A stretch of DNA of 63,001 bases, the filler included, from Octopus bimaculoides (taxonomy: Eukaryota): the NCBI RefSeq assembly GCF_001194135.2. It is 4 parts of 4 records of this genome, joined end to end, with 100 filler letters (N's around TTAATTAATTAA, not from the genome) between each part and the next. Parts side by side here need not be neighbours in the genome. Positions count along the whole stretch, not along the records: positions 1 to 28,421 come from NC_068986.1; 3 more parts are not named here. One strand, 5' to 3'. The notes beneath the pieces were generated by a model. The model was given only the letters and a program-made list of their open reading frames with translations, did no database searches and was not told the DNA's origin. Both the position numbers and the translations under genes were made by a program. Shown in pieces: positions 14,150-27,900 of the stretch (within the stretch, counting starts at the first letter, position 1; the number at the start of each line of letters is the position of its first letter).

Positions 14150-14775
14150 TCTATATGTGACTGTACAAAAGAAGCCTTAGTATTCTGTCAGTCCCTTTGA
14201 ATGAGAAGTCGGTTGTGCTTGGTGACTTTAATGCACGTGGTGGTAGAGACTATGGTGCTTGGAATGTACTTGGGCGTTACAGAATAGGAAAGGTGAACAA
14301 CAATGGGTTGCGTCTGCTACAAATGTGCTCTGAGGTAGGGTTGATTGTTGGGAATACTTTCTTTCATCATAAGATGAAACGTAAAGGTACCTGGATTCAC
14401 CCAAGATCAAAGCAAGGTCACATGATTGATTTTGTATTGACTCGGAAAGCTGACTTACAAGATTTGTGCAGTCTCAGAGTATTGCGAGGTGCTGATTGTG
14501 ATACTGATCACAGAACGGTTAGGGCCAAGTTCAAGTTCAGGGTCCGTAAGAAGATTCGTAGCGCTGGTGTACGAGTGCCAAATAAAATTGATGTAGAGCA
14601 GCTAAAACAACCACAAGATTTGCAGTTGTTCATTTTGAAGGTTCATGGCGATCTTTCCGTGATGGAATATATAAAATGGGGTTAGAGGTGATAGGTTATA
14701 AGAGGCGACAACACCGAGACTGGTTTGATTCCAATGATACAGTGTTAAAAGAGCTTTTAGCAACAAACCAACACA
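14150..14775 (+). mobile_element. RTE-clade LINE apurinic-type endonuclease fragment
   Basis: VLGDFNARGG, NNNGLRLLQMC, NTFF, TWIHPRSKQGHMIDFVL, RGADCDTDHR and, after a frameshift, RRQHRDWFDSND. Confidence 0.9.
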
Positions 14776-14939
14776 CGCACATACACATACACAGTTACCA
14801 TTACACGCAGTTGGTGTTACACACACGCTACCACACACACACACACACACACACACATACTGACCATCTTCACACTCTTGTTCCAGAAAGCACCTTCTGA
14901 TTCTTCTTCTACTTCTAGTCACTTCAGAAATGTAACTGC

Positions 14940-15110
14940 ACGTGGATTATTGGCGTTTTTTCCCTCTTTCTTCCCTTTTCCCTTTAGATTTTCCGAAGAA
15001 GAGCTGTGCTCGAAACGTAAACCAACTACTCTTTTCCTTCTTCGAGCGTCATATTAATACATTTTTTGTGATACGTCCTCTATTTACTGTTTTGCTTTTT
15101 CTTTTTCCTT
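14940..15110 (+). mobile_element. Solo Penelope-like pseudo-LTR fragment with a hammerhead remnant
   Basis: CCGAAGA-A-GAGC-TGT-GCTC-GAAACGTA at 14993-15019, followed by GAGCGTCATATTAATACA, which is similar to the 48760-48845 minus-strand end. Confidence 0.6.
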
Positions 15111-16835
15111 TTNNNNNNNNNNNNNNNNNNNNNNNNNNNNNNNNNNNNNNNNNNNNNNNNNNNNNNNNNNNNNNNNNNNNNNNNNNNNNNNNNNNNNNNN
15201 NNNNNNNNNNNNNNNNNNNNNNNNNNNNNNNNNNNNNNNNNNNNNNNNNNNNNNNNNNNNNNNNNNNNNNNNNNNNNNNNNNNNNNNNNNNNNNNNNNNN
15301 NNNNNNNNNNNNNNNNNNNNNNNNNNNNNNNNNNNNNNNNNNNNNNNNNNNNNNNNNNNNNNNNNNNNNNNNNNNNNNNNNNNNNNNNNNNNNNNNNNNN
15401 NNNNNNNNNNNNNNNNNNNNNNNNNNNNNNNNNNNNNNNNNNNNNNNNNNNNNNNNNNNNNNNNNNNNNNNNNNNNNNNNNNNNNNNNNNNNNNNNNNNN
15501 NNNNNNNNNNNNNNNNNNNNNNNNNNNNNNNNNNNNNNNNNNNNNNNNNNNNNNNNNNNNNNNNNNNNNNNNNNNNNNNNNNNNNNNNNNNNNNNNNNNN
15601 NNNNNNNNNNNNNNNNNNNNNNNNNNNNNNNNNNNNNTTGTGTTAACAACAAACAAGATGAGGAGAAATATCCGTCAAATGTAAATAATGTAAATAATGT
15701 ATATAAAATCATATCATATATTATATATATAGATATATGTGTTTGTATTTATAATTGTCAGTATGCATTTATATATATATATATATATATATATAGATAG
15801 ATAGATTGATATAGATATATATACGTATATATATAGATGGATAGATAGATAGATAGATAATACATACATACATGCATATATATATAGACACACATACACA
15901 CACATACACACACACATATATATATATATAGGTGTATTAATGCATACATACATACATACATACCTATATACATATATATACACATACATACATAATACAT
16001 ATACGCACATACACACATATATACACAAAGACACAAACAGACAATACACATAAACAAGACCGAATTTTTTCTTCTGATATATCTCGTACCGATATATACT
16101 TTGATCAAAACACACGATAATTTGGACAGTTAACAGTAACTGTGCCACACAACTGCTGTGATGATTATATCGCTTTAGTACTAAATTATTTCTTTGAAAA
16201 TATTCCTTTTTATTTCATCTTTCATCCCTTCCTGCTCACTACCTGCACCACCTACTTTCTCCACAACTCATCTTCACCATCATATCCTCGCCCACCTCTT
16301 CTCCTCGTTCATCTTCAATTTCTGATAAGCCTTATCTGCTTTTATCTATTATTTTCTTCTTCTAGTTCTTCTAGTCATTGCAATTGCAGTTTACTGTTCA
16401 TGTTGTTAACGTATATTTATTTTCGTGGTATTTTCCCAAATCGATAACGTTATATTTGTTATTAAAGCATTGCTCCAGTATGGATTTGGTCGGGCGATGA
16501 TCACTAAAGTGAGCCAGAGAATTGAACTAAATAACTATTGTTGCTCCAGTTTGATTGTTATACTTGTTGCTTATGTTATATTTTTGATACTTATTCTTTC
16601 TTTTGTTGTTGTTCGTTGTTGTAATAGATGCCGTTGTAGTCACTATTGATCTTACTTCTTACATACGGGCTGAAGTATTTCAATTGCTAATGTTGTTGGT
16701 AGTGGTGTTGTTGTTTGTAACGTTGTTAGTACTGTTCGAATCTAAAATCCATTGCTGTTTGTAACTGGTGGTCTTTCGGTACACCCGGCAAAAGTTGTAT
16801 GTGATATACTCACAGCCGAACAAAAATATGCCCAT

Positions 16836-16910
<75 letters not shown>

Positions 16911-17230
16911 AGTATGTATATCTTTGTATTCATTTATGTATGCATGCATATATGGATGTATATAAATATATATGTATATACATGCTTATTGATGCACAAG
17001 CAGAAGCAAAAGATACTCTCCTTTCAATAACTATAAATTCGAGAAAAACAAACAACATAGAGTATCGTAAAACCTTGCTTTGATATGTGTGTGTGCGTGT
17101 ATGTGTATTTTTGTGTGTGTGTCTCTGTGTGTGTACATAAATACATATATGCAATCTTACGTAAAATATCAAGTGAAATGTAATCCAGTAGAACTTGTTA
17201 GTTGGCCAGTTCGGTGGTAACTAAAACGGC

Positions 17231-17413
17231 ATACAAACTGGGGCACCACCTTGAAGGGTTTTAAGCCCAACAAATCGACCCCAGAAATCTTTTTTAATAA
17301 AACTTGGTACCTATTCGATGAGCTGCTTTTGCCGAACAGCTAAGTTACGGGGACGTAAACACACCAACACCGGTTGTCAAGCAGTGGTGAGGAGACAAGC
17401 ACAGACGCAAAGA

Positions 17414-17478
<65 letters not shown>

Positions 17479-17656
17479 ATGTGTGTGTATATACGAGGGG
17501 CTTCTTTCAGTTTCCGACACCAAATTCACTTACAAGACTTTGGTCGGCCCGAAGCTATAGTAGAAGACTCTTGCCTAAGATGCTATACAGTGGAACTGAA
17601 CCCGGGACCATGTGGTTGGGAGGCAAGCTTCTTACCACACAGCTACGCCTGCGCCT
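17231..17656 (-). mobile_element. SINE family A, near full length, with internal microsatellite
   Basis: Both halves present, separated by a (CA)n(TA)n(TG)n tract. Confidence 0.87.
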
Positions 17657-18504
17657 ATCTTGCAATACATTTTCAAAATATACTGTTTCTATCGTCAAAC
17701 AAGCTTCACTGTCTTTCTCTTACCGGTTGGCAAACTATCAAGTATATTCATTGCTGAGAAAAACACAGAAACCAAAAAACAATTGGCAAATATACAGCTG
17801 GAGCGCTCTCGGTAATATCTGTCTCTTACATATGGATGACTTGGTACTAAAGGCCCTAAAACGACACTACGTTATGGTAACTACTGGACGCTAAAGTACA
17901 TTATAGTGCACTACACAATAAATAGTTACACTCTAAAAGTTATCGCATATAGGATATTTATACTTCCGACATTTGTGCGTATGATAAATATGGAAGAGTA
18001 GCTAAATAGCCACACATAAAACGAGCATGTGGGAAATTACCTACCTATACAAGAGTATGTATGTGTGTGTATGTGTGAGTGTGGGTGTATGTGTGTTCGT
18101 ACATGTGATGTTGTGTATATATGCATGCATTTACATAGATATACATATACATATATATATACACACGCACACATACTCAAACACTCTCATGCATACATAT
18201 GAGAAAAGTCATTTAAGCAGACTTTCTCGATGTTAGTTCAAGTTTTATCTTACAGATTTTCGGCACGAGGGAAATTTGTAAATAACAGGCTTAGTAAATA
18301 TGTGTTTGTGTGTGTGTGTCTGTCTGTCTGTCTTTTGTCTGTCAGTCTGTCTGTGTGTTTGTCTGTCAGTCTGTCTGTCTATGTCTGTGTGTGTGTGTGT
18401 GTGTGTCAGTGTGTGTGTGTGCGTTTGTGTGTGTGTCTGTGTATATGTGTATGTACGTACGTATGTATGCTTGCATGCATATATGTATGTGTCTGTGGGT
18501 ATAT

Positions 18505-18890
18505 TGTTGTTGTTGTTAGCACTCCGTCGCTTACGACGTCGAGGGTTCCAGTTGATCCGATCAACGGAACAGCCAGCTCGTGAAATTAACGTGCAAGTGG
18601 CTGAGCACTCCACAGACACGTCTACCCTTAACGTAGTTCTCGGGGATATTCAGCGTGACACAGTGTGACAAGTCTGACCCTTTGAATTACAGGCACAACA
18701 GAAACAGGAAGTAAGAGTGAGAGAAAGTTGTGGTGAAAGAGTACAGCAGGATTCACCACCATCCCCTGCCGGAGCCTCGTGGAGCTTTAGGTGTTTCTGC
18801 TCAATAAACACTCACAACGACCAGTCTGGGAATCGAAACCGCGATCCTATGACCGTGAGTCCGCTGCCCTAACCACTGCGCCTTCACCCG
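18505..18890 (-). mobile_element. tRNA-derived SINE family C/D, near full length
   Basis: Minus-strand head GGCGCAGTGGTTAGGGCAGCGGACTC-GGTTTCGATTCCC with A- and B-box-like motifs. Related heads or bodies at about 8958-9080 (+), 9290-9370 (-), 25370-25575 (-), 28068-28180 (-), 54495-54600 (+) and 54975-55060 (-). Confidence 0.82.
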
Positions 18891-21800
18891 TGGGTATGTA
18901 AGTAGGTGTGTACATCTATATCTATCTATATGTATGTGTGTATGTATGTATGTATGTATGTATAAAGGCATATGTATAGAATATTTCAAAATATAAACAC
19001 ACGTACACGCCCACACGCGCGCACTGGACTCAGATACGCACACACACACACGCATGTATCTATTATGAACTATATGAAATATCTCATTTGTAACGCACAT
19101 TTTCTTCACCATAAAAAATTTAAACTTTCTATAGTATAGTCATTATCCATATGTAATAACAGATACACACACACACACACAAACACATACATACACAGAG
19201 TCATATATAAACACACAGACACATACATCTATGCTTCTTTTGTAGTTTATTGTTAAATTAGTGTGCCGTGAACGACATGAAAACCACACGCAGAGAAGTC
19301 ATATAGAATATGATGTAGCAAAATCGAAACAGGTTTGTTAATTCTATTCTTATCCAGATGCAAGAAATTGGATGAAGGTAATAAAAAGCAAATTAAATGT
19401 GCGCATGGAAATAGTAGACTATACAAGATTAAGCAACCTAGTGTTACGCACAAAATCTCAATATCTCTTGGTTTGACTTATTGTCTTATATACGTAAATA
19501 TAAGTGTACATATATATATATATACATACATATATNNNNNNNNNNNNNNNNNNNNNNNNNNNNNNNNNNNNNNNNNNNNNNNNNNNNNNNNNNNNNNNNN
19601 NNNNNNNNNNNNNNNNNNNNNNNNNNNNNNNNNNNNNNNNNNNNNNNNNNNNNNNNNNNNNNNNNNNNNNNNNNNNNNNNNNNNNNNNNNNNNNNNNNNN
19701 NNNNNNNNNNNNNNNNNNNNNNNNNNNNNNNNNNNNNNNNNNNNNNNNNNNNNNNNNNNNNNNNNNNNNNNNNNNNNNNNNNNNNNNNNNNNNNNNNNNN
19801 NNNNNNNNNNNNNNNNNNNNNNNNNNNNNNNNNNNNNNNNNNNNNNNNNNNNNNNNNNNNNNNNNNNNNNNNNNNNNNNNNNNNNNNNNNNNNNNNNNNN
19901 NNNNNNNNNNNNNNNNNNNNNNNNNNNNNNNNNNNNNNNNNNNNNNNNNNNNNNNNNNNNNNNNNNNNNNNNNNNNNNNNNNNNNNNNNNNNNNNNNNNN
20001 NNNNNNNNNNNNNNNNNNNNNNNNNNNNNNNNNNNNNNNNNNNNNNNNNNNNNNNNNNNNNNNNNNNNNNNNNNNNNNNNNNNNNNNNNNNNNNNNNNNN
20101 NNNNNNNNNNNNNNNNNNNNNNNNNNNNNNNNNNNNNNNNNNNNNNNNNNNNNNNNNNNNNNNNNNNNNNNNNNNNNNNNNNNNNNNNNNNNNNNNNNNN
20201 NNNNNNNNNNNNNNNNNNNNNNNNNNNNNNNNNNNNNNNNNNNNNNNNNNNNNNNNNNNNNNNNNNNNNNNNNNNNNNNNNNNNNNNNNNNNNNNNNNNN
20301 NNNNNNNNNNNNNNNNNNNNNNNNNNNNNNNNNNNNNNNNNNNNNNNNNNNNNNNNNNNNNNTACATACATACATACATACATACATACATACATACATA
20401 CACACACACACATACATACATGCATACATACATACATACATACATACATACATACATGCATCCATACATGCATCCATACATGCATACATACATAAAAATA
20501 ATAATGGTGGCTTGTTAGCAATCTTTCGACCGCAAGGCAAAAATATATACGTCACTAAAATGACTAAGGGCGCTAGCCAACACCATTATTGCTAGAAATA
20601 ATAGCCGAAACAGCATCTAACCACAATAAGCTCTATCTTAATGACCGACAAGGGAGGCAAGCCCCCTTCAGCACCGGGCGTAGCAAGATTACCAGTGACT
20701 TGGCAGTTACATTAATGCTCGTCAGTGGCTCTTACATACATATACATATATTCTTTTATTCTTTTATACGTTTCATCCCTTAGGCATTGCCACACACACA
20801 CAGACACACACAGACACACACAGACACACACACATTAATTGTTTGTAGGATTCATTAGGAATCAAGATATTTTAAGAACAAGACACCAATTTAGGGTCGA
20901 AATTAGCACAGCCATGTATATACCCTACACGGACACTCACGTGCAGATACCAATGCATATACGGGCGTGTCAAGACATTTACATATACAGGCATATGAAG
21001 AAATCAACATAGAAATTCATATAAACATACATGTATATAAAATGATACATACATGCAAGGCCAGTACGTAGTTCCACGATCCACTATGAGTTCCAAATCT
21101 AACCTAGGGAAGGTTCCAGGTGTGGTGTTTACATAAAGAAAGAACACAGATGTGTTAAGTTACAATACAGCTGTTTCATGCGCGTTTTTTTTTTATTAAT
21201 GAATAAGCTGATTTTATCATATATAAAAACACAAATAGGTTAAGGTTCACTACAGCTGTTTCATACACCTTTGCTTATTAATGAATAAACCTATTGCATC
21301 AGGTGAATTAAAAACTTGAAATTTAAATTTTAAAATTTGGTTCGGAAATTACCATGATGCAGAATGTGTGTTGGTCATCTCATTTTGGCGACTAGTTCCA
21401 GAAATCGTGAGCGAAACACTCTAAGCTTTAAATTAAACGTCTTCATATTATGATAGGCGTGCAAAAGCGGCCTCCCACAACAGTATATTCCTTTAATATA
21501 GGATTTGTATTTACTCCATTAGCGTTCCATTTATTGTTAGAGTGTGTACGCTGGTATTTCTTTTTTATCATCTTATGAATTAAATAAAGAATTTTGATGA
21601 TGTTTACGTAAGCTTTCCATTGATCATCAAATCTTGTAGTTTTAGGCTACACGTCGTTTTCATTTATAGGCACAAGCGTATCAGCGTTTCGTGGTTACGC
21701 CATTTCCTTGTGTTCTTATGGCAACGATGTGGATGTATTGCAACAATACTAAAGCCCTGCAGTTGTCTGTGTGGTGCACGCTCCCAATATTGTTTTGGTT

Positions 21801-22540
21801 TAACAGAAAACACCATTCTTTACAGTTCACAATCCCTGCAGCTATGTCAAGTGTTATTGAATTATATGTAAAGTAATTCTCACACATTGAATACGTATAC
21901 AAATGTGTATGTATATAGACAAATTGAAAATAACAACTTGAATAACGCTTCTGAACTTCAAAAACTTTTTCCTAAAATCGATCAGGGCGCTTGCGTCCCA
22001 GAAAAATAAACAGTTGTACGTCCCTTGAAAACCATCCAATTTCGTGCCTTTTTTTCTTTCCCTTTATGTAGTTATAGCTAAAGACGTAAGCAGCATGGTC
22101 ATCTTCCGAAAGAATGCCATAAATTATTTCAGCTACATTTTGTAATGAAACTCTTAACTAAATAAAAGAACAGAGTCTTTACAAACTACAGTTTATACCT
22201 AACAATTTTTTTCAAATGACTCTGCCATATATTTAAGAAAGAGAGTTTTATCCATTTAAAAAAGAGAGTTTTGTCCATTTAAAAAAGAGAGGTGTGTCCA
22301 GTTCAAAGATTCAAAGACACATTACAATAAAGACACCTGATTTCATTATTTAATTACATAGAGAACATTTTTTACTTCATTAAATTAATTAGCTGAAGAA
22401 GCTCGACGACTAATATCGCTGTAATTTTGTTTTCATAAAGTGTGCCGCACATTTTGATGGGTTTTGCAATATTTCGTTTTTTTTTTTCTGTATGTTGACT
22501 CATTCAAGTACAAATTTAAACTGGATTTGCTATCTATCAT

Positions 22541-22935
22541 CTTTTACTTGTTTCAGTCATTAGACTACGGCCATCCTGGGGCACCGCCTAGATGAATTTT
22601 TTAGCTGAATGTATTGACCCCAGTATTCACTTTTCTTTAAAGCCTGGTGCTTATTCTGTCGGTCTCATTTGCCGAAGTGCTAAGTTACGAGGACATAAAT
22701 ACACCAACACCGGTTGTCAAGCAGTGGTGTGGGGGGACAAAGACACACGCACTTACATATATANNNNNNNNNNNNNNNNNNNNNNNNNNNNNNNNNNNNN
22801 NNNNNNNNNNNNNNNNNNNNNNNNNNNNNNNNNNNNNNNNNNNNNNNNNNNNNNNNNNNNNNNNNNNNNNNNNNNNNNNNNNNNNNNNNNNNNNNNNNNN
22901 NNNNNNNNNNNNNNNNNNNNNNNNNNNNNNNNNNN

Positions 22936-23027
<92 letters not shown>

Positions 23028-23211
23028 CATGTATATATACAATTATAAGACAGATTTCTTTCAGTATCCGTATACCAAATCCACAAAGAAGGTCTCGATT
23101 GGCCCGAGGCTATAGTAGAAGAAACTTGCCGAAGGTGCCACGCCATGGGACTGAAGCCAGAACCATGTGGTCGGGAAGCAAGCTTCTTACCACACAGCCA
23201 CGCCTGCACCT
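22541..23211 (-). mobile_element. SINE family A with expanded internal microsatellite and gap
   Basis: 3' half at 22541-22750 and 5' half at about 23050-23211. Confidence 0.85.
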
Positions 23212-24475
23212 ATATATATAAAAAAAAAGCTTACATACGCAGTCAAGAGCTTGATGGAATCGACACCAAAGAGGAATTAATACTAATAAATAAATTATTA
23301 AAATGACCTCAATAATGTATTTTAAAAGAAAATGTTTGAATATGAATGTAGGTATTTTAAGTTTACCCACTTTTCATAGTTACACCGGTACCTTTGATAT
23401 TGACCGATTTAGTATGGCTTCCATCATAGGATAAATTCTACTTTGATGTCGGCTCCTTGGTTATATATCATCCAAGATTACTTAGTTCATATATAACTTT
23501 TTTAACGTCTTTTTTAGGATGATAAAGAGCTCGTAAAATCCATAGAAAACTGAAGATCTTGCAGGTTTTCATTTTCATGAGCTCAAAATGATATCCATTA
23601 CAGGAACAAAAATAGGATTCTTGAATATAATACTAGAAGTGTTAATCATAATTATGATTTCTTTCAAGTTCGTACGTTTGCGAGAGAGAATCATAGTTGA
23701 TTTGTGATAACTTTTTAACCTAAAGTGTAGACAAATACGAAAACCTAATGAAGCTATACTATCTTATAGACATATTCTAATTTTTTTTTTTTTTAAACTT
23801 TGGAACGAGGAAAGAAAACGACGAACCTGGCGTGATTTGACCTAAGAACGTAAAGAAACGGTACTAAATATCACTTGGTATTTTTATCTGGCGTTCCATT
23901 ACAAAAGTAACAGCTAAATATATTGTCAGTTATGGTGAATTACCGTCGTTTGACTTGGAGGATTTGGTTGATCACATGCGCAAAAGGTATTTATTTCTTG
24001 TGACATTTTTACTACTGAAAACTGCGCTCTATTGTAATGTCTCCTTAGATTATATTTACTTTCATTATTTTAACAAGCTCGGAGTAGACGTAAGGACTAT
24101 ACATAGTCTACGTCAGCTGGATCTAAAATTGGAGATGGGGGGGGGGAGGTTTAAACAAAAGAAAAAAGCATAGAACCTGAAAATTGTAACGTGTTTAACA
24201 GTACACTCCACGTATCGACCACTAAGTAACTGGTCTAAATAGCATTCAATAGTACGATAGCTGGAATGATATGAGGAGGGTCTCAGTTAAACAGCTTCGC
24301 TAAACAGCATCGACATCATGAAATTTGCTTCAGGAAACGTTCATTAGTCTGGTTCTTAGTAAGTAAGGAATTTGAAAATGTCCTTGTCAACACCAGATCA
24401 TACATAATACAACACTAAGCATCTAAAGTAAATACGGCGCCGATATATTGCTGGAATCAATATACCACTGCCTAC

Positions 24476-24511
<36 letters not shown>

Positions 24512-24955
24512 NNNNNNNNNNNNNNNNNNNNNNNNNNNNNNNNNNNNNNNNNNNNNNNNNNNNNNNNNNNNNNNNNNNNNNNNNNNNNNNNNNNNNNNNN
24601 NNNNNNNNNNNNNNNNNNNNNNNNNNNNNNNNNNNNNNNNNNNNNNNNNNNNNNNNNNNNNNNNNNNNNNNNNNNNNNNNNNNNNNNNNNNNNNNNNNNN
24701 NNNNNNNNNNNNNNNNNNNNNNNNNNNNNNNNNNNNNNNNNNNNNNNNNNNNNNNNNNNNNNNNNNNNNNNNNNNNNNNNNNNNNNNNNNNNNNNNNNNN
24801 NNNNNNNNNNNNNNNNNNNNNNNNNNNNNNNNNNNNNNNNNNNNNNNNNNNNNNNNNNNNNNNNNNNNNNNNNNNNNNNNNNNNNNNNNNNNNNNNNNNN
24901 NNNNNNNNNNNNNNNNNNNNNNNNNNNNNNNNNNNNNNNNNNNNNNNNNNNNNNN

Positions 24956-25014
<59 letters not shown>

Positions 25015-25589
25015 CACACACACACACAAACATACGCGCATACACAGCTTTTCTTTCTCTCCTTCTTTTGCTCTCCACTCTATATGTGTCTTAGCACGCG
25101 TGTGTGAATGTGTGTATGCGCTTGCAAGTGTATGTGTGCGTGCATGTGTGTATGTATCCAGTATCTATCCAGTATCTATTTATATATGTATGCATGATGT
25201 GTGTTTAGCAAGTATACGCGGAAAGCTAACTGGGTACTACAGACGAATAATACAGCATTTGGAAAGGAAATGTAGGCATATGAAGAATTTAAAACCCAGA
25301 AAAATGGACAGAAGTTGGATTGGACTTCGTCACTAATCATTCCCGAGTCATGCCTAAGAGAACTATTACGATAAACGTCGCCCTTTCAAAGCCTAGCCAG
25401 GCTCATGGACCCGGTTTCCCGGTTTCTATGTCGTATGTGTTTCCCCCACCCCAGCTGGACGGAACGTCAGTCCATCGCAGCGTTACTCAAGAAACAGGAA
25501 GAAAGAGTGAGAGAAAGTTGGGGCGAAAGAGTACAAGGGTCGACACCACCTCCTGCCGGAGCCTTGTGGAGCTTTAGTCCATCAAACTA

Positions 25590-25780
25590 AGACAGCGAGC
25601 TGTCAGAATCGTTAGCACGTCGGACAAAATGCTTTGCGTCATTTCTTCTAACTCTTTACAATCTGAGTTCAAATCCCGCCAAGGTTGATTTTACCTTTAA
25701 CTCCTTCGGGGGTGAGTAAAAAAAGGGAGCAGTCAAGTACTGGGAGTTCGATACAATCGATTTGCCCCTCATAATTTCTG
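25590..25780 (+). mobile_element. SINE family B
   Basis: GAGCTGTCAGAATCGTTAGCACG-GAGTTCAAATCCCGCC. Confidence 0.8.
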
Positions 25781-25899
25781 GNNNNNNNNNNNNNNNNNNN
25801 TTAAGAGTCTTAGGGCTCGAGAAAATAAATCTAACAAACAAAAACAGAAATCAATAACTGTAAGGCTGCAAAGACAGTAATCAATAACTCTAAGGCATC

Positions 25900-27900
25900 T
25901 GAAAATTTGTCATCAGTTGCAATAGAACATGGTTTTCCTGATTTTCAAAATGTCAGTTTATTAACCACTTGTTGGAATTTCGAGCAAGCATAATATTTTC
26001 TAAAAGAAATACGAAGCCTTGTTTGTTAAAGCCAGAAAACTTGGCAGTTCTCATTGCGAGAAAAAAATCACAATTGGGTTTCTTTAAAAGAATTTTTTTT
26101 TTTTCATTTGCTTTTCTTTTTTTTTTCTGAATAACAAATACAGCAACAGTACAACGTTTCCACATTTGAACTCGAAAACAAATTTCAGCAAAGCTTTTCC
26201 ACGACAGAAAAAGAATAAAAAAACATTTTAAATAAAATTCTTATGCTCATCTTGTAAATATACAAAATAATGAAGGAAAGAATCAACTGTGCTTACAGAT
26301 TTTCATAAAATTGATGAAAAAAGTTATTTAAATAACCAGTAATATTTTTAACAATTTCCAGCTAGTGATAAAAAAAAAAACGACCATTGTAAGACATGGA
26401 GGACGAAGTAAAACTCCAAACTAAGAATGGAATCAATTTAGGGAACCGCTAGTTTACACGGTTTTGTGAAACTTTCATTGCAGGGTAAATTACCGAATAA
26501 ACAACAAATATTCTGCAAAATTACCGAAAATGAATAAAAAAAAAATGTATTATTGCTGATGAAGCTTCATTAATTTTAAGGAAATTTGTGCACTTTATTT
26601 TTTCTAAAATATGAATTAGATGATTGTTCACCAATATTGTCTGTTGATTTGGTAGAATTAGTAGCAACAACAGCAGAAATATTTCTAATGTTCTACGACG
26701 AACATTAAATGATGCAGAGTTTGACACAAACTACTTAAAGAAAAATTTCATCGTATTTTGTGTCGATGGAGTGAGTACCATGCTTGGACGAAAATCTGAA
26801 GTTGCTACAAGAGTAATTTAAGAATCTCTAGACGTTATAATTTGGCATTGTTTGAGTCATCGATTGCAACTTGGCTTAGATGATGCTTAAAATGAGGCCA
26901 ATGAAACTGGCTATTTCATGATTTGTGCGGGCTAAAATTCACGCTAATTTTCATCACCATATTAAAAATCAGTTGCAATTTTAAAATATTGCTGCTGAAA
27001 TGTATACTGAAATCACCAAAATAGATCGTACTTTTGTCTGTGACAGGCTTGCAGTAACCTCAGATTTTCAAAAATCTACTTAAGAAGCATACAGATTTGT
27101 CCTAAATCATTATAGGCTTTTCTCAAAAGCTAAAATTTCGAGGATGATAAAAATCTGAACTTCATAGAATGCATAAAGAGACTTGACATTAATGATTGAC
27201 ATTTAAGACAAACTTGTATTATCATCATATGTACTTCAAAGAAACAAACATTTAAACGTTAAAATACAATTTAAAAAATCGTAAATTAATATTTAAATTA
27301 CATTAATTAAAATACAGTACAAAAAGAGCTTTACTATGCATGAAAATGAGATTAATGAACTGACACACAGCGATTCTTTCAAATGCATGTTGTTTGAAGA
27401 AAATGAAAGTTTTAAATAATAGCCATGAGAAAAATTAATAGTGTGCATAATTGATAAAATGAAAGCAAGATTATTAAGTGAAAAACACGTTAGGTTTAAT
27501 AAAGTTAAATTAGATTCAGGTAACAATATAGCTAAAATATATTTTTCACTTAAAATATATTTTACGGAACCTTGAAGAACTTTGAGTGTCTTGGAATTTC
27601 GTAGATGGAAATTGCACAAATTAAATCTAGAAATTGAAGTTAAGCTTAAATATTTTCAAGACTAGAAAATAAAATTCATTTGTACCACGTTCTCTTTTAC
27701 CGAAAGAGTAGGGAAAATAAAGCTATGATCACAATTGTTACAGCTTCTGCTGAAGAAGAAACAGATTCTTGGTAAATGAATAATTACTATTTGCAGCAAT
27801 AACAGAGGAAGATTAACAATGGAATAAATATATAGGCTTTGGGATTGTTAATATGGTAGTAAAACCATTAAACCTCTGAAGCCCATATCCTTATGTCAAA
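25900..27900 (+). mobile_element. Decayed hAT transposase (KIAA1586/ZBED-like)
   Basis: IIADEAS, VDLVELVATTAE and [43 protein letters not shown] (CxxH motif). hATC-like TIVTASAEEE near 27730. Many stops and frameshifts. No TIRs recognised. Confidence 0.82.

Noticed and set aside
14197-14685. Host gene of the 'craniofacial development protein 2-like' type
   Set aside because: This is the RTE LINE endonuclease that such annotations usually derive from; it is frameshifted and truncated.
18820-18890. tRNA genes at A-box/B-box motifs, here and in other SINE heads
   Set aside because: No complete cloverleaf; each continues into a multi-copy SINE body.
20555-20620. Possible hammerhead ending GCCGAAACAGCATC
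   Set aside because: No CTGANGA core and no convincing stems.
23925-23986. Possible plus-strand exon YGELPSFDLEDLVDHMRK with an AAG|GTATTT donor
   Set aside because: Weak acceptor, no recognisable homology and no partner exons.
221-25107. Long ORFs containing X runs or poly-YI, HT, VC, S, N or I tracts
   Set aside because: They are open only because of N gaps and microsatellites; there is no domain content.
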